Source: Chloroflexota bacterium (lineage in GTDB: Bacteria > Chloroflexota > UBA11872 > VXNJ01). Taken from it: a stretch of 64,000 nucleotides of DNA. Below are positions 29,533 through 41,056 of this stretch, in pieces. The stretch is taken from the NCBI GenBank assembly GCA_965261345.1, contig OZ253449.1:2080001-2144000 (forward strand). Reading direction: 5' to 3'. The notes beneath the pieces were generated by a model. It worked only from the letters and a program-made list of their open reading frames with translations. It did no database searches and was not told where the DNA came from. Both the position numbers and the translations under genes were made by a program. The stretch's first letter is position 1. Each line of letters begins with the position of its first letter.

Positions 29533-30533
29533 GCTGGACCGCCCAGATCGGCGACAGCCGCGATCCCGTAGTCGCTTTGGGCCGAACGCACCCCGTGGCG
29601 TATGGCTGCGGCCAGGGCATCGGCGGCCAGGCTGCCCGCCAGATCGACCGGGGCCGCGATCGCGGCCCCCAGGCCGGCGGCGGCAAAGACTGTATCACCG
29701 TCGCGGATGGTGTGGGCGGGGCGCACTGCGCGGGCCAGGCCGTCATGGGCCATCTGCGCGACCTTGGTGGCTCCCAGCTTGTCAAGATCGGCATTGCACA
29801 GGATGACGGCGACGATGGTGTTGCCGGGGAAGCGGTCCAGCAGCGCATAGGCTGCTTCGGGTTCGGCCACCGCCCCATTCTTGATAAGTCCGGCAAACGG
29901 GCGGCCGTGCTCGTCAAGCACCGTCCCGACCGGATTTACCGCGGCGATGGCGCCGACCTTGAGCCGACCGCGGCTGGCCAGGGCGGCGCCCAGGCCGGAT
30001 TTGACGCCCGCCCGCCCCGGCCCGGCGGTTACCCCGGTGCCGGCGCCGACGTTGCCGCAGGCGAAGAATTCGCTTGACGCCCGCTCCAAGGCGGCGGCGC
30101 CGTCATGCGGTTGGGGCCAGGCTGATTTCCCGGTGGTCAGGTCAAAAACGACCGCGGCCGGGACGATTGGGACCGGTCCGCCCGGGGTCGGGAAACCCCG
30201 GTTCCGGGCGCGCAAAGCCTCGGCCACGCCCGAGGCCGCGCCCAGGCCCAACGCGCTCCCGCCGCAGAGCACGATCGCGTCGATTTGGCTTATGTGCCGT
30301 TGCGGGTCGAGCAGGGCAACTTCACGCGTGCCGGGGGCCGAACCTCGAATGTCCACGCCAACCACCACCGCCGGGTCAAAGGCAATGACCGTGCATCCGG
30401 TCCCGGCCGCGGCGTCGGTGTGGTGCCCGACAACGACGCCCCCGACCTCCAGGACCGCCGCGCCGCCGGTCCTGATTCCGGGCGGGCGATCAGACGGCCC
30501 GATCGCGGGCCTGGCCGATTTGCGCGTCGACAT
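29529..30533 (-). CDS. P1/S58 (DmpA-like) peptidase
   Basis: VGHHTD...TGCTV, RGSAPGTRE, GGSALGL, VPIVPAAVVFDL, GNVGAGTG, GNT and PAHTIRDGD. Start position is uncertain. Confidence 0.85.
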   Translation of the reverse strand: MSTRKSARPAIGPSDRPPGIRTGGAAVLEVGGVVVGHHTDAAAGTGCTVIAFDPAVVVGVDIRGSAPGTREVALLDPQRHISQIDAIVLCGGSALGLGAASGVAEALRARNRGFPTPGGPVPIVPAAVVFDLTTGKSAWPQPHDGAAALERASSEFFACGNVGAGTGVTAGPGRAGVKSGLGAALASRGRLKVGAIAAVNPVGTVLDEHGRPFAGLIKNGAVAEPEAAYALLDRFPGNTIVAVILCNADLDKLGATKVAQMAHDGLARAVRPAHTIRDGDTVFAAAGLGAAIAAPVDLAGSLAADALAAAIRHGVRSAQSDYGIAAVADLGGPA

Positions 30534-31191
30534 ATTCGCGTAGGGCGATTTCGGCATCGACTCCCTGCCGATCTGCCTGTTGGACCAGTTCGTATAGGTG
30601 TTCGGCCAATTCCGACCGGTTTGCGCGGCGATTGGGCGCGTCGCCTGGCTCCGGACCGCCGCTTGTCCGGGCGATGTGTTCGCGGGCATATTTGAGGGCC
30701 GGTAGGTAACCGGGGATAGGCGAGTCTTCGGCGGTACCCGTGGCCGATTTTTCGGCCGCCTTGACTTGTTGCCAGATCCGCACCGCATCGGCGGGGGTCT
30801 GTGCCCGCTGGTTGCCGAATACGTGCGGATGCCGCCGGATCAGCTTGGCGTTTAGGGTTTTGAGAATTTGGCCAAGGTCAAATACCTTGGATTCGCTCGC
30901 GATCTGGGCTTGCATTAAGACCAGCAACAGCAGATCTCCCAGCTCTTCGGGCAGGCCGTCGACATCGGGTCGCAGGGTTGCGGCGGCGACTTCGTAGGCC
31001 TCCTCGACAAAATGCTCGCCCATGTCGGCCAATTCCAGGGCCCGGTCCCAGGGGCAACCCGAGTCTGATCGCAGCACCGCGACCAGCTCCAGGGTCCGGG
31101 CCAGCAATTCGCGCTCAGGCATGTATTTCTGCGCCGGCCGATCGGCCGGCGGTTGGGGTGAATTGGCCAGGGAAGGTGCCGGTGTGGTCAT
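30490..31191 (-). CDS. mazG: MazG nucleoside triphosphate pyrophosphohydrolase (shortened second domain)
   Basis: LRSDSGCPWD, EEAYE, EELGDLL and KLIRRHPHVF. Start may be 31122. Confidence 0.88.
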   Translation of the reverse strand: MTTPAPSLANSPQPPADRPAQKYMPERELLARTLELVAVLRSDSGCPWDRALELADMGEHFVEEAYEVAAATLRPDVDGLPEELGDLLLLVLMQAQIASESKVFDLGQILKTLNAKLIRRHPHVFGNQRAQTPADAVRIWQQVKAAEKSATGTAEDSPIPGYLPALKYAREHIARTSGGPEPGDAPNRRANRSELAEHLYELVQQADRQGVDAEIALREYVDAQIGQARDRAV

Positions 31192-31316
31192 TTGAGATTT
31201 GGCGCCGCAGATTTTGCAGTGTGAAGCCGACTGGATCCGATGTAACCCATTTTCGTATGCGAGCTACCGCCGTTTTCTTGCGCGCGTTGGGAGGTCCCGT
31301 CATAAAATCGCGCCGC

Positions 31317-32411
31317 ATGTTTGAGTTGCACAAAACGCCGCTTTACTCGCGCCATTTGGCGGCCGGGGCGCGCATGGTCGATTTTGCGGGATGGGCGATG
31401 CCGATCCAGTATGAAGGCCTAATCGCCGAGCACACCGCGGTCCGTTGCCGGGCCGGTTTATTCGATGTCTCGCACATGGGTCAATTCTTGGTCGAGGGGC
31501 CCGACGCGCAGGATTTCCTCCAATACCACTTTTCCAATGACCTTTCGCGGTTACGCGATCAGCGGTCGCAATACACCCTGCTGCTTAGTCCGGCGGGTGG
31601 GGTGGCCGACGATGCGATGATCTACCGCTGGTCCGATGAGAAGTTTCTGGTGGTCGTAAATGCTGCCAACCGCGAGCCGGACTGGCGGATTCTGGATCCG
31701 GGTAGCCGGAACCTGAAGATTTCCGATCTGACCTTTGACTGCGCCTTGCTGGCGGTCCAGGGCCCGCTAACCAACCAGTTGATCGGTGGTCTGGTCAATT
31801 GCGACCTCGCCAGCATCCGCCGGGCCGGCATCACCGAAGCCCAGGTGGCGGGTTGCGATGCCTGGCTGGCCCGTACCGGTTACACCGGCGAAGACGGCTT
31901 CGAGATTTTTCTGGAAAATGGCGATGCCGCCGACACCTTTGACGCACTGCTCTCAGCTGGCGTGACGCCGGCTGGTTTGGGGGCCCGCAATACCCTGCGG
32001 CTGGAAGCCGGGATGGCCTTGCACGGCCATGAGCTGTCGCTGCAAATCAACCCCTATGAGGCCAATCTGGGCGGAGTCGTGCGCCTGACCAAGGGGCAAT
32101 TTGCCGGCCGCGGGGCCCTGGTCCGGGTCCACGAGGATGGGCCCGCGCGCCGCCTTTACGGGTTGACAATGGACTCGCGTCAGATCGGTCGCGACGGCTA
32201 TCGGATCGAAACTGAACACGGGCCCGGTTGGGTCACCTCGGGGAGTTATTCGCCGACCCTCAAACGCGGGATTGCGATGGCCTTTTTGCCCGCCGGTTGC
32301 AAAATTGGCGATTCAGTTTCGGTGATGGTGCGCGGGACCCCGGCTCCGGCGACCCTCTGTGAATTGCCCTTCTATTCAAATGTGCGGCGCTGGCGTGCCA
32401 AACCCGCGTAA
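31317..32411 (+). CDS. gcvT: Glycine cleavage system aminomethyltransferase T
   Basis: KTPLY, DFAGWAMP, FDVSHMG, RTGYTGEDGFE and GLGARNTLRLEAG. Start at ATG 31317. Confidence 0.95.
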   Translation: MFELHKTPLYSRHLAAGARMVDFAGWAMPIQYEGLIAEHTAVRCRAGLFDVSHMGQFLVEGPDAQDFLQYHFSNDLSRLRDQRSQYTLLLSPAGGVADDAMIYRWSDEKFLVVVNAANREPDWRILDPGSRNLKISDLTFDCALLAVQGPLTNQLIGGLVNCDLASIRRAGITEAQVAGCDAWLARTGYTGEDGFEIFLENGDAADTFDALLSAGVTPAGLGARNTLRLEAGMALHGHELSLQINPYEANLGGVVRLTKGQFAGRGALVRVHEDGPARRLYGLTMDSRQIGRDGYRIETEHGPGWVTSGSYSPTLKRGIAMAFLPAGCKIGDSVSVMVRGTPAPATLCELPFYSNVRRWRAKPA

Positions 32412-32456
32412 AACGCTTAACCCAATTTGAGGCGTACAGATGCGACCATGTTTTAA

Positions 32457-32829
32457 ATGAGTCCCCAAGACCGCCGCTATTCGCGCGAACACGAATGGGT
32501 TAAGGACCAGAATGATGGAACCGTCGCAATCGGGATAACCGACTACGCTCAGAACGAGCTGGGCGACGTCGTCTTTGTCGAACTGCCTTCGCTCGGGAGC
32601 CAGTTGGCGCAGATGCAATCGTTCGGCGTTGTCGAATCGGTCAAAGCAGTTTCGGATCTCTATTGCCCGGTGACCGGGCGGGTAGTTGCCATAAACCCGG
32701 ATTTGGAAATGGCTCCGGAGAAAGTCAACGATGATCCGTTCGGCGCCGGTTGGATGATCCGGGTAGAGTGCTCGGACCGCGCCGAAATCGATCAGTTGCT
32801 AGATGCTGATGCCTACGACGCGTTGCTAG

Positions 32830-32846
<17 letters not shown>
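32457..32846 (+). CDS. gcvH: Glycine cleavage system H protein
   Basis: HEWV, GITDYAQNELGDVVFVE and lipoyl-Lys motif ESVKA. Confidence 0.96.
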
Positions 32847-34175
<1,329 letters not shown>

Positions 34176-34179
<4 letters not shown>

Positions 34180-35630
34180 GGCGGACCGAACCGGTCATCT
34201 ACGAACTGAGCGAGCCCGGGCGCTGCGGAGTGGCCCTCCCCGCGCCCGACCCGACGCTCGACCCGGCCGATCTGCTGCCGGCCGATCAACTGCGATCCGA
34301 TCTGCCGCTGCCGCAGGTCTCGCAAGTTGACGTGGTCCGCCATTTTGTGCGGCTCTCGCAGCGCAATTTTTCAATCGATACCGACATGTATCCGCTGGGC
34401 TCCTGCACGATGAAGCAGAACCCCAAGATCAACGAGGCGACCGCTCGCTTGGAGGGGTTTAACCGGATCCATCCGGGGCAGGGCGACGATCAGATCCAGG
34501 GAGCCCTGGAGCTGCTGTATCGACTGGCTGGCCAGTTGAAGGGCATTGCCGGGTTCGCCGCCGCCTCGCTCCAGCCGGCCGCCGGCGCACAGGGGGAATT
34601 TGCCGGCCTGCTGCTAATCCGGGCCCACCATAGGGAAAATGGCCAGGATCGCCGTCGGGTCCTGATCCCCGATTCGGCGCACGGAACCAATCCGGCCAGC
34701 GCGGCGATGTGCGGCTTGGACTCGGTGGCCGTCCCCTCCGATTCCTCGGGTGAAATCGACTTTGCGGCGTTGATCAAACAGCTCGACCAGTCGGTCGCCG
34801 CAATCATGATGACGGTTCCCAACACCCTGGGGATCTTTGAAACCAAGATCGCCGAGGTCTGCCGGGCTGCCCACGCCGTCGGTGCCCAGGTATATTGCGA
34901 CGGGGCCAACATGAATGCGATGCTGGGGCGGGTGCGACCGGGCGATCTGGGCATCGACGTGATGCACCTAAACCTGCATAAAACGTTCTCCACCCCGCAT
35001 GGCGGCGGCGGCCCGGGCGCCGGCGCGCTCTGTTGCGCCGAGCACCTTGCCGCCTACCTACCCAGTCCGCTGGTGGCCAGACGCCCCGACGGGACCTTTT
35101 ACCGGGATTTCAACCGTCCCCAATCAATCGGGCAAGTCCACTCGCACCTCGGAAACTTCGGCAACCTGGTCCGCGCCTACACGTACATATGTTCCAATGG
35201 CGAGTCGGGCCTAAAGGCCATCGCCGACAATGCCGTCCTAAACGCCAACTATGTGCGGGTCAGCCTCCAGGACGATTACGAATTGGCCCACGATCGGGTC
35301 TGCATGCACGAGGTTGTTTTTTCCGGGTCGCGGCAGAAGCGCCAGGGAGCGAGCACCCTCGATATTGCCAAAGCTCTCATCGACCACGGCTTCCATCCGC
35401 CCACCGTGTATTTCCCGCTGGTGGTCAAGGAGGCACTCATGATCGAGCCGACCGAGACCGAATCACGGCAATCGCTGGACCGATTCATTGCCGCCATGCG
35501 GGCGATTGCCCACGATGCCGCAACCGACCCTGAAAAACTGCGCCAAGCGCCGGTGACGGCCCCGGTTCGCCGTCTAAACGAGGCCCGCGCCGCCAGGTCA
35601 CCCAACCTGCGCTACGTTCCAGAACAATGA
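34176..35630 (+). CDS. gcvPB: Glycine dehydrogenase subunit 2
   Basis: YPLGSCTMK, SAHGTNPAS, PLP-Lys motif NLHKTFSTPHGGGGPG and MIEPTETE. Confidence 0.96.
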
Positions 35631-35706
35631 ACGAGATCTGGTCGCTCGCACTGACCAGACGTTGGGCCGGGTGAGTCGCGGCCGCAGGCCCAAGGACCGT
35701 GGCGGT

Positions 35707-36891
35707 ATGCCGCGGCGGATTGCCCATTTCGACCTCGATCAATTTTTCGTGGCAGTAGAACGGGTCGCCAACCCGAGTTTGGTCGGAAAACCGGTAATCG
35801 TCGGTCACGACGGCCCGCGTGGGGTGGTGGCCACCGCCTCGTATGAGGCCCGCCGATTCGGTGCCCATTCGGCCCAGCCGATGGCCGAGGCCCGCCGCCG
35901 GTGCCCACAGGCGATCGTGGTTGCGCCGAATCGGCGGGCCTATCTGGCGGCCTCGGCGGTTTTTCACCAGATATTGCTAAGCCACGCCCCGCTGGTCGAC
36001 CCCGGCGGCCTCGACGAAGCCTATGCCGACCTGACCGGGATAGATGCCGGTGACCTGGGCGGTTCGGCCCGGGCGGCCCAGGCGGTGCGGCGCGCGGTGG
36101 CCGAGGAGCTGCAGGTGGCGGTATCGGTGTGCATTGCCAGCGGCCGCTGTACCGCCAAGGTCGGTTCCGATCTGATCAAACCCGATGGGCTGCTGGAAGT
36201 TCCTCCGGGTGACGATGCCAAATTCCTGCGCCCGCTGCCAGTAAGCAAACTTCCCGCGGTGGGCCCGCAGTTTGCCGGGCAGCTTGAACGGTCCGGAATA
36301 CTAACGGTCGGCGACGCCGCCGCGCGACCCAAGGACTGGCTGATTGCCAAATTTGGGCGCCGCGGGGGAGAACTGTCGGATCGCTCGCAGGGAATCGACC
36401 CGACTCCAGTTCGCGGCCGGCCGGAGCCGGCCAAACAGGTCTCGCGCGAGCAAACTTTCCAAGTCGACTGCGACTCGATTGTGAGCCTGCAGGAGACGCT
36501 GCGCGAACTGGCCGATTCGGTCGCCGCCGACCTGCGAGGGCTGGACCGCCGGGCCAGGACGGTCAGCATCAAAGTCCGCTGGCCCGATTTTTCGACGATT
36601 TCGCGTTCGCAGACGCTGCCCGAACCGGTATTCGACTCTGCCTCTGTGTACGGTGCAGCCCGGACCCTGCTGGCCCGAATCATGCGTTCGGGCGGCTTTC
36701 GCCCGGTGCGGCTGATTGGGGTGGCGGCGGCCAATCTGGAACCGGGTATTCGCCAATTAAAGTTGCCCGAACTGGCGCCACTCGAGCGAGATTTCCAAAA
36801 ACGGCGGCGTGATGAGCGCCGTGACCTGGCAATTGACGCGATCCGGCAACGCTTTGGGCCGGATGCAGTTCGGCGTGGCCCCGGCGGTTGA
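35707..36891 (+). CDS. dinB: Y-family DNA polymerase IV
   Basis: HFDLDQFFVAVE, ATASYEARRFG, LDEAYAD, AKVGSDLIKPDG and little-finger VRLIGV. Start at ATG 35707. Confidence 0.92.
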   Translation: MPRRIAHFDLDQFFVAVERVANPSLVGKPVIVGHDGPRGVVATASYEARRFGAHSAQPMAEARRRCPQAIVVAPNRRAYLAASAVFHQILLSHAPLVDPGGLDEAYADLTGIDAGDLGGSARAAQAVRRAVAEELQVAVSVCIASGRCTAKVGSDLIKPDGLLEVPPGDDAKFLRPLPVSKLPAVGPQFAGQLERSGILTVGDAAARPKDWLIAKFGRRGGELSDRSQGIDPTPVRGRPEPAKQVSREQTFQVDCDSIVSLQETLRELADSVAADLRGLDRRARTVSIKVRWPDFSTISRSQTLPEPVFDSASVYGAARTLLARIMRSGGFRPVRLIGVAAANLEPGIRQLKLPELAPLERDFQKRRRDERRDLAIDAIRQRFGPDAVRRGPGG

Positions 36892-36928
36892 GAACCCTTG
36901 ACCGGAGCCGTGTGAGGAGAGAGGCTTC

Positions 36929-38500
36929 ATGCTTCCCTTAAGCAAGTCGCGCTATATTGCCGGTCGCCAGTGCCCGCTGCAGCTCTGGTACCGCGCCTTC
37001 GATCCGCTGCCGGAACCGGCCGAGCCGCTCCTGCTGGAGGGCGCCGAACCCCAGGCTCGGCGTCTGTTTCCCGGTGGCGTGCTGGCCGGCGCCGACGGAG
37101 ATCCAATCCCGCTGCGAATAGAGCGTACCCAAGCCCTGATTGATGATCCCGCCTGTCCGGCAATCTTTGAGGCGACCATCGCGGCCGGTGAGTTGCTGGC
37201 CACTGTAGACATCCTCCGGCGGGTCACCGGCGGATGGGACCTTATCGAGGTCAAGTCGGCCACCACCTTTGATCCGACCAAGAATTCGCTCAAGGCCAAG
37301 CCCTACATTAAGTACGATGCCGCCTTTCAACGCGAGGTCCTGCGGCGCGCCGGGTTGCCGCCGCAAAAGGTCTGGATCTACCACCTCAACGGCGAATACG
37401 AGCTTGCCGGCAAGCTCGACTACCAGGCGCTTTTCTTACAGCGCGACATTACTGAAGAATGCAAAAAGCTGGCCGATACGGTGATCGCCGACATCGAACA
37501 ACTCACCGCCCTAAGGCCCGACGATCAGCCTGATGCGGAACCTGGCGCCCGCTGTAATTCCCCTTTTGATTGCGAATTCAAATCGCGCTGCAGGGTCAGA
37601 AAACCCAAATATTGGACTTACTCACACCTCCACAACCTAAATGCCGCCCATTTCCGGGCATTGCGCGCCGAATCGGCTGAATCGGTGCTCGATCTAGATG
37701 AGAGCAATACCGCCGCCCTGCCGCCCCGGGCGCGCGCCAAGCACCTGCGCTTTCGCGATGTCTACCGCAGCGGGCGCCCATATTTGTCGCCGCATTTGCA
37801 ATCGGAACTGTCCGCGCTTGGCCCACCCACCGCCTACCTGGATTTTGAGACGATCGCGCCGGAGATCCCCTCGCATGAGGGGACCCGCCCACACAGTCAG
37901 ATCCCCTTCCAGTATTCGTTGCACCATTGGGACGGGCGGGAGTTGGTGCACCGCAAATTCCTTGCCAGCGGCGAAGGCGATCCGCGTCGGTGCTTGGCCA
38001 GGCAGCTGGTTGATGACCTGGCGGGATTTGCAGACTGTCCGGTCGTAGCTTATGCAGCCAATTTCGAGGCCGCGCGACTAAGCGAACTAGCGGCGCTGGT
38101 GGAGGCGGAAGATCCCGCCCTCGCGCGCAGATTAGCCGAGATCAAGTACCGCCTCAAAGACCTTGCCCCGATCGTTCGCGACAACATCGTGGCGGCCGGT
38201 TTTGGCGGGTCCTATTCGATGAAGTCGATCGCCCCCGCGATATTGGGTCCGGCGGCCGACTATGCCGGACTTGAAATCGCCGACGGCCGGGCGGCGGCAT
38301 CGACCTTTGGCCAGATCATCGAGGGCCAATATTCCGGACGGGATCTGTACCGCCAGCGCCAGGCCCTGTTGACCTATTGCCGCCGCGACACACTCCATCT
38401 CCACCAGATCCACCAAAAATTGGGCGAGACCGCCGAACTTGTCCGGGCGCTGACGAAACCGCCGGCCAGGTGCGACCGACGCTTCAACGATTCGCAATGA
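36929..38500 (+). CDS. DUF2779-containing predicted nuclease (PD-(D/E)XK with Cas4-like Cys motif, fused to an RNase H/DEDD-like domain)
   Basis: LSKSRY...QCP, VDIL...LIEVKS, C-x5-C-x5-C, YLDFET, IPFQYSLH, YAANFE, GSYSMK and YCRRD. Confidence 0.8.
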   Translation: MLPLSKSRYIAGRQCPLQLWYRAFDPLPEPAEPLLLEGAEPQARRLFPGGVLAGADGDPIPLRIERTQALIDDPACPAIFEATIAAGELLATVDILRRVTGGWDLIEVKSATTFDPTKNSLKAKPYIKYDAAFQREVLRRAGLPPQKVWIYHLNGEYELAGKLDYQALFLQRDITEECKKLADTVIADIEQLTALRPDDQPDAEPGARCNSPFDCEFKSRCRVRKPKYWTYSHLHNLNAAHFRALRAESAESVLDLDESNTAALPPRARAKHLRFRDVYRSGRPYLSPHLQSELSALGPPTAYLDFETIAPEIPSHEGTRPHSQIPFQYSLHHWDGRELVHRKFLASGEGDPRRCLARQLVDDLAGFADCPVVAYAANFEAARLSELAALVEAEDPALARRLAEIKYRLKDLAPIVRDNIVAAGFGGSYSMKSIAPAILGPAADYAGLEIADGRAAASTFGQIIEGQYSGRDLYRQRQALLTYCRRDTLHLHQIHQKLGETAELVRALTKPPARCDRRFNDSQ

Positions 38501-38528
38501 TTAAGGCCGATTGCGGGAGAGCTGGCCG

Positions 38529-39422
38529 CTACTGCGTCTGGGCGAGGTTGTAACGTTCAGTGACTAGGACCGTCAGGTTTTGGGCCAGTAGCTCGTTGGT
38601 GACCGGACCGACCCCTCCGGGAACCGGAGTGATCGCGGCGGCCACCTGTGAGACCTCGTCAAAACAGACATCGCCGACCGGGCGGCCCGCAACGTACTCG
38701 AAACCGGCATCAACTACCACCGCGCCGGGCTTGACCATTGCGGCGGTGACCGAATGCGCTCGCCCAGTGGCGGCCACCAGGATGTCGGCCGAGCGGGTCA
38801 ATCGCCCAAGGAGCGCACTGTCGGTATGCGAATGACACACCGTAACCGTGGCATTTCGCTTGAGCAGTAACCACGAGACCGGGCGCCCGATGTTGGCGCT
38901 GCGCCCGATAACGACCACTCGACGTCCGGGAATCTGGATCTGGTAATGATCGAGGATGCGCAGGACGGCCCCGGCCGTCGGCGGTGCCAACTCGGACAGC
39001 CCCAGCGCCAGGTCCATGATCCGCCGCGGCGAAATGCACTCTAAGTCCAGGTGCGTCCGCACCGCGGCCAGGTAAGGAAGATGGCGCCCGCCCGCCAAGT
39101 CGATCGCAAATGCCTCGGGCAGAGGCTTTAATATGATCAGCCCGTGGAGGTGCGGATCAGTCTGCAGCTCACGCAATCGCCGGTAGACCTGGTCGCGGTC
39201 GACATCGGCCGGAAATTCGTGGGCGCGTACCGGAATCGCGTAACGATCGAAGTTTTTCCGGATGGTCCGCAGATAGGTTTCCGAACCGGCCTCGCTGCCC
39301 ACCTTCAGCACGGCGATTTCCATGTCGCCGTGGTCCCAGCGCACCTTATCGAAAAATTCTTGGTAGTTGGCGCGCATCGAACGCGCCAATGCACGGCCGT
39401 TTAGCAATTTGGAATGCTGCAC
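38529..39422 (-). CDS. folD: Methylenetetrahydrofolate dehydrogenase (FolD family, probably monofunctional)
   Basis: VVIGRSANIGRP, NATVTVCHS, VKPGAVVVDAG, GDV and ITPVPGGVGPVT. Confidence 0.9.
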   Translation of the reverse strand: MQHSKLLNGRALARSMRANYQEFFDKVRWDHGDMEIAVLKVGSEAGSETYLRTIRKNFDRYAIPVRAHEFPADVDRDQVYRRLRELQTDPHLHGLIILKPLPEAFAIDLAGGRHLPYLAAVRTHLDLECISPRRIMDLALGLSELAPPTAGAVLRILDHYQIQIPGRRVVVIGRSANIGRPVSWLLLKRNATVTVCHSHTDSALLGRLTRSADILVAATGRAHSVTAAMVKPGAVVVDAGFEYVAGRPVGDVCFDEVSQVAAAITPVPGGVGPVTNELLAQNLTVLVTERYNLAQTQ

Positions 39423-39424
39423 TA

Positions 39425-40054
39425 TCAGCCCACTTCCAGGTACAGGGTTATTTCACGCAATGCCCGCGAAGCCGCGGCTGCAAGATCAGTCCATTCGGAA
39501 GTTTGGCCGTCGCTTGGGCAATAGGCAAGGTTGGAATTGAGATTGGCCAGGGCTATGGCCGATGCAACCGCACCCAGACGGGCACCGCCACCGGCGTCAT
39601 TGAGCAGGTGCCGATTCCCTTTTGCAACCGTCAATTCGCCGGCCCGCTGCACTATTTGTCCAACTTCCACTATCTCTGCTGACGTCGCCGCCGAGGCCTT
39701 GGCGGCACTGGCCAGGGCGACGCGACGCTCCTTCCGTTGAAAATTGGTTTTCCGGGGTAGGGAGTTCGCGTCGGCGAACAGTTGGTAAGCCCGCGCGTCT
39801 TCGTCGACTGCAACCAGCGCCCTGGAGCGAGCCGCCGCACATTCGTCCCGGGCCTTCCGCAGTTGGTCTTGAGCGACTCCGGGCCCGGTCCGGGGCAGAG
39901 AAAATTCAATTGCCATCTGAACCATCGCGGCCCCTAGCGCCGCCGCCGCGGCGGCGGCCGAACCGCCGCCTGGAGTGGGAGTGGCGGAGGCCAGTTGCCG
40001 GCAAAAAGTGGCCAGTGCGGCATTGTGCTCGCGCGGGTCTTGATCCTCAATCAA
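39425..40054 (-). CDS. fchA: Methenyltetrahydrofolate cyclohydrolase / FTCD C-terminal family
   Basis: LASATPTPGGGSAAA, DEDARAY, LPRKT, KGNRHLLND and ANLNSNL. Probable TTG start at 40054. Confidence 0.82.
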   Translation of the reverse strand: MIEDQDPREHNAALATFCRQLASATPTPGGGSAAAAAAALGAAMVQMAIEFSLPRTGPGVAQDQLRKARDECAAARSRALVAVDEDARAYQLFADANSLPRKTNFQRKERRVALASAAKASAATSAEIVEVGQIVQRAGELTVAKGNRHLLNDAGGGARLGAVASAIALANLNSNLAYCPSDGQTSEWTDLAAAASRALREITLYLEVG

Positions 40055-40119
40055 ATCCTTGCCTGCCCGCTTGAGTAAATTTCGATTGCCGCATCCGCAG
40101 CGAAGGGTCCAAATAGAGT

Positions 40120-41055
40120 TTGAATGATCATTTTGTCGTCGGGCAGACTGGTCGGCAAGCGGCGAAGGGCAGCCCGCCGCTGATCGCCCTAGTCGGACCA
40201 ACCGCCAGCGGCAAAAGCGCCTTGGCGGTCCAGCTCTGCCGGCAAATCAACGGTGCGATTATCTCGGCCGATTCCCGCCAGATATACCGCGGACTAGACA
40301 TCGGCACGGCCAAGCCGGGCGTTAACGAGCGATGTGGAATCGATCACTACCTCTTAGACATTCGGGCGGTCGATGAACATTACTCGCTCCACGATTTTTT
40401 GATCGATGCCAATGCGGCTATTGTGCAGATCAGATCGCGCCGCCAACAGCCGGTCGTCGTGGGCGGAACCGGGTTGTACGTCCAGGCGTTGCTGGAAGGT
40501 TTTCATCCCGGACCGATCGACCGGCAGGTCCGCGCCATGCTCGAAGCAGAACTGGCCTCCAAGGGATTGCCGGCGCTGCGGGAACGCCTCAGTTCGCTAG
40601 AGGCGGCGATATCGGCAACCGTTGACCGGAATAACCCGCGCCGCGTCATCAGGGCCATTGAGCAAACACTGGCCGATCACGGCCAGGACGGTCCCAATTG
40701 GCCCGATCACCCGGCAAAGGTACTCGGCATAGCCTATCCGTCCGCATGCCGGGCGGCGCGCATAGGCCAACGAACCGACCAGATGCTTGCCGCCGGGTTG
40801 CTCGATGAGGTCCGTCGGGTGCTATACAGCTACGGTCGGTTGCCGATTCTGGCGTCCTCGATTGGATATCGCGAATGCGCCGAATATCTGTTGGGGTCAA
40901 TCGACTTGCCGACCGCCCGCGACCGGATAGTTGTGGCCACCCGCCGGTACGCACGCCGGCAAATGACGTTCCTGAGAAATAAAATTCAGGTCCAATGGCT
41001 CGAATGCGATCGCCCGCTGCTGGCCCAGGCCCTAGATTTGATCAACCGGCACTAG
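40120..41055 (+). CDS. miaA: tRNA dimethylallyltransferase
   Basis: GPTASGKS, SADSRQIY, DIGTAKP, VGGTGLY, IGYRE and TRRYARRQ. Confidence 0.95.
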   Translation: MNDHFVVGQTGRQAAKGSPPLIALVGPTASGKSALAVQLCRQINGAIISADSRQIYRGLDIGTAKPGVNERCGIDHYLLDIRAVDEHYSLHDFLIDANAAIVQIRSRRQQPVVVGGTGLYVQALLEGFHPGPIDRQVRAMLEAELASKGLPALRERLSSLEAAISATVDRNNPRRVIRAIEQTLADHGQDGPNWPDHPAKVLGIAYPSACRAARIGQRTDQMLAAGLLDEVRRVLYSYGRLPILASSIGYRECAEYLLGSIDLPTARDRIVVATRRYARRQMTFLRNKIQVQWLECDRPLLAQALDLINRH

Positions 41056-41056
41056 G

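Noticed and set aside
31192-31316. Glycine riboswitch upstream of gcvT
   Set aside because: No GGAGA...CCGAAG...CTCTCAGG consensus, and a TAAAAT box lies only about 8 nt before the ATG.
35620-35706. LexA box upstream of dinB
   Set aside because: No GAAC-N4-GTTC. Only a TCTGGTC-N9-GACCAGA hairpin (35637-35659), more simply a gcv 3' stem-loop.
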